The notes under the pieces: model-generated
Databases searched by the model: none
What the model saw: the letters and a program-made list of their open reading frames with translations, nothing else
Told to the model about the DNA's origin: nothing
NCBI GenBank assembly: GCA_964607705.1
Contig: CAZSLI010000001.1
Span: 56,193 to 120,192, forward strand
Length of the DNA: 64,000 bases
Source of the DNA: an uncultured Eubacteriales bacterium
Lineage (GTDB): Bacteria > Actinomycetota > Coriobacteriia > Anaerosomatales > PHET01
Reading direction: 5' to 3'
Part shown: positions 8,486 through 15,250 of the stretch, piece by piece
How positions within the stretch are numbered: the first letter of the stretch is position 1
Layout: each line of letters begins with the position of its first letter
Made by a program: the position numbers and the translations under genes

Positions 8486-10045
8486 ATGGACTACCGGCTG
8501 TACATCCTCGCCGGGACGTTCCTGCTCCTCATCGTCGCGATCGTGACGTTCTTCGTCACGCTTGCTCGTTCTCGGCGTGCCGAGGAACCCATGGGGGGCT
8601 ACGCTGCGGCACCTGCGAAGTACGCCGCGCTTCCGCCTGCGAACGCGCGCGTCGTCCATGACAACAGTCTGGCGGGGCTCGAGGTACCTGTTGCCCCCGA
8701 CGCCCCCAGCGCCGCTCTGCTGACGCCGTTGCGGACGGGCGAGTGGATGCCGCCCGAGCGGCCCGCTCCCGCCGAGAAGTTGCCCGACATCTCGCTGGCC
8801 GAGCGTGTCGCGGAGTTCGCGCCGGCGCCCTCGGTGCCCGAGCCCGCCTTCTCGGTCGAGGCGTATCCGGCATGGCAGGTCACGCCCGACTCGCTCTATT
8901 CGGCCGCACCCGCCGGCGTCGTGGAGGTCGCCGCACCGAACGGGTGGGCGCCCGTGGGGCCGGCGCCCGCCCCGCCCGCGCCTGCGCCCGCGCCGCCGAT
9001 GCCCGAGCCCACACCTGCTGCCACGCAGCCCGCGCCGCCGATGCCCGAGCCCACACCTGCTGCCACGCAGCCTGCGCCGGTGATGCCCGAGCCCACACCT
9101 GCTGCCACGCAGCCCGCGCCGATCCCTCGGCCCGCCACGGTGCCCTACGTGCCTCCGGTCATCGCTGATGGGACGGACGAAGACGACTTCTCGGCGGAGC
9201 TTGCCGCACTGATGCCTCCACTGGAGCCCGACGAAGGTTGGAGCGCCGCCGCGACGCCGCCTCCCGCGAGCATTCCGCAGATCGAGAGCGCCTCACCTGC
9301 CACGGCCGCTCCGGCCACTCTCGTTCCCGAGGTGGTCCCGGTGGTCGCGCCTACGCCGGAGTCGGCACCTGTCGTGGTATCGCCAGCCGAGTGGCCTCCG
9401 CCGGTCGAGCCTGCCTGGCCTCTCGAGCTGCCTGTCGCTGCTCCGACGGCGGTCACGCCGCCCGCATCGTCGGCCGCAGCACCCGCGCCTTTGGCGCCTG
9501 TGTCGTTGCCAGCTCCGGCTGCTCCGGCGTCAGAGCCGTCGGCGCCCGCTCCGGCGCCGCTTCAGACTCAACCACCCCTCGCGACACCACCTCAGCCACA
9601 GCCTCAAGTCGACGAGGCGGTCTGGGAGGACCTGCTGCGCGAGCAGCAGGGAGTCCGCCGGCCCGCGGCCAGCGCGCCGCAGCCGGTGACAGCGCCGCGG
9701 CCCGCGGCGACTGTCGCCGCCACCGAGCCGCCTCGCGCCGAGCCGACCCCACCGCCGCCCGTGTCCGCGCCGCGGCGCGAACGCCCGCGTGCCCGCGTGC
9801 GCGTCGGCAGCGACACCGTCGTCGCACCGACGACCGAGCACCGCGTGGTGCCCGCAGCACCTCGGCCCGCTGACACTCGCCGTCCCGAGGGTGTGCCCGA
9901 ACTAGTGATGGCTGCGCCTGTGGAGATGTGGTTCGGCGAGTACCGCGTCGGCGTAAAAGCCGGAACCGCGACCTATGATCGCTTCCGCAAGTACGCCGAC
10001 GTTCTGCTTGCCGACCTTAAAGCCTCGCGCACCGTCTCCCGATAA
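8486..10045 (+). CDS. hypothetical membrane-anchored proline/alanine-rich protein
   Basis: One N-terminal TM helix (YILAGTFLLLIVAIVTFFVTL), ~430 aa of P/A-rich sequence, and an ordered C-terminus (VEMWFGEYRVGVKAGTATYDRFRKYADVLLADL). AGGAG lies before the ATG. Confidence 0.6.
   Translation: MDYRLYILAGTFLLLIVAIVTFFVTLARSRRAEEPMGGYAAAPAKYAALPPANARVVHDNSLAGLEVPVAPDAPSAALLTPLRTGEWMPPERPAPAEKLPDISLAERVAEFAPAPSVPEPAFSVEAYPAWQVTPDSLYSAAPAGVVEVAAPNGWAPVGPAPAPPAPAPAPPMPEPTPAATQPAPPMPEPTPAATQPAPVMPEPTPAATQPAPIPRPATVPYVPPVIADGTDEDDFSAELAALMPPLEPDEGWSAAATPPPASIPQIESASPATAAPATLVPEVVPVVAPTPESAPVVVSPAEWPPPVEPAWPLELPVAAPTAVTPPASSAAAPAPLAPVSLPAPAAPASEPSAPAPAPLQTQPPLATPPQPQPQVDEAVWEDLLREQQGVRRPAASAPQPVTAPRPAATVAATEPPRAEPTPPPPVSAPRRERPRARVRVGSDTVVAPTTEHRVVPAAPRPADTRRPEGVPELVMAAPVEMWFGEYRVGVKAGTATYDRFRKYADVLLADLKASRTVSR
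8993..9118 (+). repeat. 3 x 42-bp in-frame tandem repeat (PPMPEPTPAATQPA)
   Basis: Units at 8993-9034, 9035-9076 and 9077-9118 differ at only 1-3 nt. Confidence 0.9.
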
Positions 10046-10054
10046 GGAAGTGTG

Positions 10055-10082
10055 CCGCGGGACACAACCCGCGGGTTATCAT
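10055..10082 (+). promoter_or_regulatory. stem-loop followed by a -10-like TATCAT upstream of pilB2
   Basis: CCGCGGG-ACACAA-CCCGCGG at 10055-10074, then TATCAT at 10077-10082, about 60 nt before GTG 10143. Confidence 0.3.
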
Positions 10083-10142
10083 GTGACTACTTCGCGGGCG
10101 CCTGGGCTCGCAGTCGCTCCGCATTCGTAGAAGGAACCGTAG

Positions 10143-11813
10143 GTGGCGGAAGCAGGTCAGCGGCTCGGTCAACTTCTGATGCGAGCCGGCATCATTACTG
10201 AGAAGCAGCTGAACGACGCGCTTGAGGTGCACCGGGCGACCGGCAGCCCCCTCGGGCGTGTCCTCGTCGATCTCGGCTACGCCACCCAAGGCGCGATCCT
10301 GTCGGTGATGGCGAAGCAGATCGGCATCGAGTACATCGACTTCAACGTCCGTCACCCCGAGCCCACGGCGGTCGCCGCGGTGCCCAAGGACCTTGCCGAG
10401 CGCTACACCCTCATGCCTGTGGCCATCGAGGGCACGACGCTTCTCGTCGCGCTCGCGGACCCGCAGAACGTCCTCGCGCTCGACGACCTGCGCATCATCA
10501 CCGGCTACGACATCAAGCCGGCGATCTCCACCAAGGACGACATCGTCGCGGCGGTGCAGGAGTACTACAAGGTCGCCGAGCACGCCGTCGACGACACCTT
10601 CGTCTCCACCGAGGACATCTCCGAGGACGAGCTGGAGGGCCTCACTGAAGTCGGCTCCGAGGCGCCCGCGGTCAAGCTCGTCAACTACATCATCCAGAAG
10701 GCGGTCGCCGACCGCGCATCCGACATCCACGTCGAGCCCCAAGAGGCGGACGTTCGTGTCCGCTATCGCGTGGACGGCGTCCTCCACGAGATGATGCGCA
10801 GCCCCAAGTCGGTCCAGCAGGCGATGATCTCGCGCTTCAAGATCATGGCCGAGATGGACATCGCCGATTCGCGGCGCCCGCAGGACGGCCACTGCGCTGT
10901 CACCGTCGGTTCACACCGCATGGACTTCCGAGTCTCCACGCTCCCCACGGTCTACGGCGAGCGCGTCGTGCTCCGTATCCTTCGTACCGACTCGATCTTG
11001 TTGCAGCTTTCCGACCTCGGCTTCTTGCCGACGTCACTCGAGCGGTTCCAGGGCTCCTTCACCAAGCCCTACGGCGCCATCCTGGTCACCGGCCCGACCG
11101 GTTCGGGCAAGTCGACCACCCTCTACGCGGCGATCAACGTGCTGAACGATCCCGGTCGGCACATCATCACTGCCGAGGACCCGGTCGAGTACCGCCTTCC
11201 CGGCATCAACCAGTGCCAGATCAACCACAAGGCCGGGCTCACCTTCGCCCGTGCGCTTCGCTCATTCCTGCGTTGCTCGCCCGACGTCATCCTCGTCGGT
11301 GAGATCCGAGACCAGGAGACCGGCCAGATCGCCATCGAGTCGGCGCTGACCGGCCACCTCGTGCTCTCCACGCTCCATACGAACGACGCATCGAGCGCCG
11401 TCACGCGCCTGATCGAGATGGGTATCGAGCCGTTTCTCGTCTCCTCGGCAGTGGACTGTATCCTCGCCCAGCGTCTCGCCAGGCGGCTTTGTCCCGACTG
11501 CAAGCAGGAGTGGCGCCCCAAGCAGGATGTGCTCATACAGGCGGGCTTTGCTGCCGATAACCTCCCAGAGGTCGTCTACCGGGCCAACGGATGCAAGAAG
11601 TGCGGAGGAACCGGTTACCGCGGCCGTGTAGGCGTTCACGAAGTTCTGTTGATGTCCGAGGAGATCAGCAGGCTCTGCGTGGACGAGGCGACCGCCGAGG
11701 AGATTCGGGCCGTCGCGGTTGAGCAGGGCATGTTGACGCTTCGCCAGGACGGCTTGGAGAAGGTCCGAGAGGGCCGTACGTCGATCGAGGAGATCGTCCG
11801 CGTCATCGTGTAA
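10143..11813 (+). CDS. pilB: type IV pilus assembly ATPase, PilB/GspE family (paralog 2)
   Basis: 556 aa. It has an N-terminal RLGQLLMRAGIITEKQLNDAL...PLGRVLVDLGYATQGAILSVMAKQ, Walker A GPTGSGKST, VILVGEIRD, GHLVLSTLHTND and CPDC...CKKC. Confidence 0.9.
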   Translation: MAEAGQRLGQLLMRAGIITEKQLNDALEVHRATGSPLGRVLVDLGYATQGAILSVMAKQIGIEYIDFNVRHPEPTAVAAVPKDLAERYTLMPVAIEGTTLLVALADPQNVLALDDLRIITGYDIKPAISTKDDIVAAVQEYYKVAEHAVDDTFVSTEDISEDELEGLTEVGSEAPAVKLVNYIIQKAVADRASDIHVEPQEADVRVRYRVDGVLHEMMRSPKSVQQAMISRFKIMAEMDIADSRRPQDGHCAVTVGSHRMDFRVSTLPTVYGERVVLRILRTDSILLQLSDLGFLPTSLERFQGSFTKPYGAILVTGPTGSGKSTTLYAAINVLNDPGRHIITAEDPVEYRLPGINQCQINHKAGLTFARALRSFLRCSPDVILVGEIRDQETGQIAIESALTGHLVLSTLHTNDASSAVTRLIEMGIEPFLVSSAVDCILAQRLARRLCPDCKQEWRPKQDVLIQAGFAADNLPEVVYRANGCKKCGGTGYRGRVGVHEVLLMSEEISRLCVDEATAEEIRAVAVEQGMLTLRQDGLEKVREGRTSIEEIVRVIV

Positions 11814-11844
11814 GAGGCACCCTCAGGGGCACTAGGAGTCGAAG

Positions 11845-13053
11845 ATGGCACAGTTCAGCTACACAGTCCGCGACAAGGCGGGCAAGGTCGCAAAGGGCAA
11901 GCTCGAGGGCGAGAGCAAGGAGGCCGTCCAGGCCAAGCTCACCCAGATGGGCTACATCATCCTCGACCTGAACCAGCAGGGCGGCCTCGCGTCGCTCGGC
12001 AACATCACCTTCGGCAGCGGCGTCAAGCCCAAGGACGTGTCGATCTTCGCGCGCCAGTTCTCGACCATGATCAACGCCGGCCTGTCGCTGACCAAGTGCC
12101 TCACGATCCTCGGCGGACAGACCGAGAACGCCTACTTGCGTGACATCATCGGCCAGCTCGGCAAGGACGTCGAAGCCGGTCAGTCGCTCTCCGATTCGCT
12201 GGCCAAGCATCCTAAGGTCTTCCCGCCGATCTTCGTGAACATGGTTCGCGCCGGCGAGACCGGTGGTGTTCTCGACGAGGTCCTCTCTCGCATCGCCGAC
12301 CACTTCGAAAGTGAGCTCGCCCTCAAGGCCAAGATCAAGTCGGCCATGACGTATCCGGCGTCGATGGGTGGCCTCGTACTCGTCGTTTTGGCTGCCATGA
12401 TGGTCTTCGTCGTCCCGACGTTCGAGAAGATGTTCGACGACATGGGCGGAGAGCTGCCTGCGATCACGCAGCTCCTCGTCAACGCGTCGAACTTCGTGGC
12501 GAGCTGGAAAGGCGCCGTGTTCGCCATCGTGTGTGTCGCCCTCGTTTTCGTCTTCAAGTGGTGGGCGGCCGGTCCCGGCAAGGTGATCTGGGACGGCGCC
12601 AAGTTGCAGATGCCGGTCTTCGGTTCTATGACTCGCAAGATCGCATTGGCGAAGTTCACGCGCACGTTCGGCACGCTCGTTTCCGCCGGCGTGCCGATCC
12701 TGTCGGCACTCGACATCGTCGCCGACACGGCAGGCAACGAGGTCGTCGCGAACGCGGTCAAGAACGCCCGTACGGCCATCAAGGAGGGCGAGACGCTCGC
12801 CAAGCCTCTGTCGGAGAGCAAGGTCTTTCCTTCGATGCTCGTCCAGATGATCGCCGTAGGCGAGGAGACCGGTGCGCTCGACGCGATGCTGAACAAGATC
12901 GCGGACTTCTACGACGAAGAGGTCTCGACCGCCGTGGACGGCCTCACGTCACTCATCGAGCCCCTCATGATGGCGTCGCTGGGCATCATCGTCGGCGGCA
13001 TGGTCATCGCGCTGTACATGCCGATGTTCCAGGTCATCACGCTCATCAACTAG
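11845..13053 (+). CDS. pilC: type IV pilus platform protein, GspF/PilC family
   Basis: 402 aa with two T2SS-F repeats (FSTMINAGLSL..., FTRTFGTLVSAGVPIL...) and three TM segments. It lies directly after pilB2. Confidence 0.9.
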   Translation: MAQFSYTVRDKAGKVAKGKLEGESKEAVQAKLTQMGYIILDLNQQGGLASLGNITFGSGVKPKDVSIFARQFSTMINAGLSLTKCLTILGGQTENAYLRDIIGQLGKDVEAGQSLSDSLAKHPKVFPPIFVNMVRAGETGGVLDEVLSRIADHFESELALKAKIKSAMTYPASMGGLVLVVLAAMMVFVVPTFEKMFDDMGGELPAITQLLVNASNFVASWKGAVFAIVCVALVFVFKWWAAGPGKVIWDGAKLQMPVFGSMTRKIALAKFTRTFGTLVSAGVPILSALDIVADTAGNEVVANAVKNARTAIKEGETLAKPLSESKVFPSMLVQMIAVGEETGALDAMLNKIADFYDEEVSTAVDGLTSLIEPLMMASLGIIVGGMVIALYMPMFQVITLIN

Positions 13054-13281
13054 CCGAGGCGCCTCCGTCATTCACCTTCGGTCGTCCTTCGTCTCAGGCT
13101 GGATCGCGCTTGGCGTGCAGCTAGCCCCGCGCAGGCGCCGATCGCCGCGCCGCGACTGTGACGGCCAACACCTTTATGAGAATTGTCTCAAGGGCTGACC
13201 AGCGTCGTCGATAACAAGAGTGATGGAACGGACGGAATCAGCCGTCCGTGACCCCGAGTAGGGGAGAGGAGGTGCGAAGAC

Positions 13282-13629
13282 ATGAAGTTGTTCCGTAAGG
13301 ATGAGGGTTTCACCCTCGTCGAGCTCATGGTCGTCGTGCTTATTATCGGTATTCTTGTTGCCATCGCTATTCCGGTCTTCAACGCGGCCAAGGCCAACGC
13401 TGAAGCCAAGCAGTGCCGCGGCACCATGCGCACGATCGAGGGCCAGGCTCGTGCCTACGAGGCGGAGAACAACAAGCTGCCGACCAACGCTGCAGCGCTC
13501 GTCACCGCCAAGTACGTCAAGTCGGCGCCGATCTGCAAGTCCGGTGGCTCCTACACCGACACGCTCGGCAGCGACGGTCGCATCGAGTGCTCGAGCCACG
13601 GCTTCTACGAGGATACCGACATCCCCTAA
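13282..13629 (+). CDS. pilA: type IV major pilin (prepilin-type N-terminal cleavage/methylation domain), copy 1
   Basis: MKLFRKDEG|FTLVELMVVVLIIGILVAIAIP is a class III signal with Gly-1, Phe+1 and Glu+5. Strong RBS AGGAGG. Confidence 0.9.
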   Translation: MKLFRKDEGFTLVELMVVVLIIGILVAIAIPVFNAAKANAEAKQCRGTMRTIEGQARAYEAENNKLPTNAAALVTAKYVKSAPICKSGGSYTDTLGSDGRIECSSHGFYEDTDIP

Positions 13630-13653
13630 GCCACAGCGAGCATGAGTGAACCA

Positions 13654-13690
13654 AGAGAGCCGGCGGGATTCCCGCCGGCTCTCTCTTTAC
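13654..13690 (+). terminator. stem-loop terminator after pilin copy 1
   Basis: A 14-bp perfect stem, AGAGAGCCGGCGGG-ATT-CCCGCCGGCTCTCT, followed by CTTTAC. Confidence 0.6.
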
Positions 13691-13820
13691 CTGCCAAGAC
13701 TTCCTCGAAAATTCTCGGAAATCGGTCTAAAGAGCCGAGAGAGAGCGTCCGATAAAACCAGCGTAGACAGGGGGCGGGAACGCCCGAGGACCCCGAAAAG
13801 GGGAAAGGAGGTGCGAAGAC

Positions 13821-14168
13821 ATGAAGCTGTTCCGTAAGGATGAGGGTTTCACCCTCGTCGAGCTCATGGTCGTCGTGCTTATTATCGGTATTCTTGTTGC
13901 CATCGCTATTCCGGTCTTCAACGCGGCCAAGGCCAACGCTGAAGCCAAGCAGTGCCGCGGCACCATGCGCACGATCGAGGGCCAGGCTCGTGCCTACGAG
14001 GCGGAGAACAACAAGCTGCCGGCCAACGCTGCAGCGCTCGTCACCGCCAAGTACGTCAAGTCGGCGCCGGTCTGCAAGTCCGGTGGCTCCTACACCGACA
14101 CGCTCTCGAGCGACGGTCGCATCGAGTGCTCGAGCCACGGGTTCTACGAGGATACCGACATCCCCTAG
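13821..14168 (+). CDS. pilA: type IV major pilin, copy 2
   Basis: Same 115-aa protein as copy 1 except T-to-A, I-to-V and G-to-S substitutions. Identical leader and RBS. Confidence 0.9.
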   Translation: MKLFRKDEGFTLVELMVVVLIIGILVAIAIPVFNAAKANAEAKQCRGTMRTIEGQARAYEAENNKLPANAAALVTAKYVKSAPVCKSGGSYTDTLSSDGRIECSSHGFYEDTDIP

Positions 14169-14195
14169 GTCGCACGTGTCTTTGAGTCAACTGCG

Positions 14196-14229
14196 AGAGC
14201 CGGCGGGAAACCGCCGGTTCTTCCTTTTC
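14196..14229 (+). terminator. stem-loop terminator after pilin copy 2
   Basis: AGAGCCGGCGG-GAAA-CCGCCGGTTCT (one G-U pair) followed by the T-rich TCCTTTTCC. Confidence 0.6.
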
Positions 14230-14310
14230 CAGCACGGTCGACACCCCTGAACCTGCTCCGCTACTGTGAGTGTCATCGGAAATGTCCTCCTGTCGTACAC
14301 GAGGTGCCGC

Positions 14311-15129
14311 GTGCCCCTACCGCTCTACTACGTCGCAGCCGGCCTTCTGGGACTCGTCTTCGGCTCCTTCGCCAACGTGGTCATCTGGCGGTTCCCTCGT
14401 GGCGAGTCGATCGTCGCTCCACCTTCTCGCTGCCCGAAGTGCGACACGCTCATATCCTGGCGCGACAATGTGCCGGTCTTGGGATGGGTGCTCCTCGGAG
14501 GCAAGTGCCGCTCATGCCGCGAGCCGATATCTGTTCGCTATCCGCTCGTCGAAGCGCTTTCAGGCGCCCTCTGGCTGGCCGCCGCGTTGGTCTTCGGCTA
14601 CTCGCTGACAGCGGTGTTCGCTGCGGCGTTCTTCTACCTGCTGCTCATCCTTGCCTTCATCGACCTTGACACCATGAGGCTGCCGAACCCGATCGTGGGC
14701 CTCCTGTTCGGGATCGGGCTCGTCGGCAGCGGGATCTCTCAGTTCACCGGGGTCCGAGCCGTTCCGCTGCTCCCGCACGGCGGCATACTGGCTTCTCCGC
14801 TGGCCGCGTCGATCGCCGGTGCGCTCGCGTCGGCAGGATTCGCGTTGATGATCGCGCTCATCTACGCCGGTGTGCGCAAGGCGCAGGGTTTCGGCATGGG
14901 CGACGTCAAGCTCCTCGCGGCGATCGGCGTCTTCCTGGGTCTCTATGGGCTCATGACGTTGTTCTTCGCGAGTCTCGTCGGCGCGATCGTCGGCATCGCA
15001 GCATCACGCGGGGAGAGCGGCTCGCTGGTGCGGCGCTATCCCTTTGGACCATTCTTGGCTGCCGCGGCGGTGCTCGTCACTTTCATCGGCCCGCCGCTGT
15101 GGTACTGGTACATCGGGTTGGCCATCTGA
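14311..15129 (+). CDS. pilD: prepilin peptidase / N-methyltransferase (A24 family)
   Basis: Contains CPKC...CRSC zinc-ribbon motifs, multiple TM helices and the catalytic-type motif GFGMGDVKLL. GTG 14311 is preferred because GAGGTG lies 6 nt upstream. The ORF track start is 14266. Confidence 0.9.
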   Translation: MPLPLYYVAAGLLGLVFGSFANVVIWRFPRGESIVAPPSRCPKCDTLISWRDNVPVLGWVLLGGKCRSCREPISVRYPLVEALSGALWLAAALVFGYSLTAVFAAAFFYLLLILAFIDLDTMRLPNPIVGLLFGIGLVGSGISQFTGVRAVPLLPHGGILASPLAASIAGALASAGFALMIALIYAGVRKAQGFGMGDVKLLAAIGVFLGLYGLMTLFFASLVGAIVGIAASRGESGSLVRRYPFGPFLAAAAVLVTFIGPPLWYWYIGLAI

Positions 15130-15134
15130 AAGCG

Positions 15135-15150
15135 TGTGACAAATGTCACA
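15135..15150. promoter_or_regulatory. CRP/FNR-family binding-site consensus
   Basis: TGTGACAAATGTCACA is a perfect TGTGA-N6-TCACA with 7-bp palindromic arms. It is centred ~100 nt upstream of the minor-pilin operon start. Confidence 0.5.
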
Positions 15151-15250
15151 GAACCATGCCTGACGACCTAAAGACGCTGCTCGGCGATGCCGATATGAGA
15201 CTGGAAGGCGTGCGTGCCGGCGCGCCCAGGGGTGCCATGAGGTGAGTAGC

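Larger units (their letters stand above)
13250..14229 (+). repeat. tandem duplication of the pilin transcription unit (two ~440-bp copies, offset 539-540 bp)
   Basis: Copy 1 (13250-13690) and copy 2 (13789-14229) align from GACCCCGA in the 5' UTR, through RBS and CDS, to the terminator. Inside the 348-nt CDS I counted only about 6-7 substitutions. Confidence 0.9.

Noticed and set aside
8993-9118. Regular 42-bp repeats, considered as a possible CRISPR-like array.
   Set aside because: The units are directly adjacent with no spacers. They are in-frame within a proline-rich CDS, and no cas genes are nearby.
10051-10066. Weaker CRP-like matches: TGTGCCGCGGGACACA upstream of pilB2, and TGTGACGGCCAACACC at 13157-13172 upstream of pilin copy 1.
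   Set aside because: They match only 8/10 and about 8/10 consensus positions, and they are GC-rich, so they could arise by chance here. The first doubles as a terminator-like hairpin. Their positions relative to candidate -10 elements are atypical for CRP activation.
13111-13125. A sigma-54-like element, TGGCGTGCAGCTAGC, with correct GG-to-GC spacing upstream of pilin copy 1.
   Set aside because: It matches only part of TGGCACG-N4-TTGC, and no enhancer-binding protein gene is in the window. RpoN is generally absent from Actinobacteria as far as I know. The second pilin copy lacks the element.
13174-14138. Two minus-strand ORFs (141 and 170 aa), nearly identical to each other, opposite the pilin genes.
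   Set aside because: Their similarity simply reflects the pilin duplication. Each is the antisense frame of a pilin with a textbook class III signal peptide on the plus strand.
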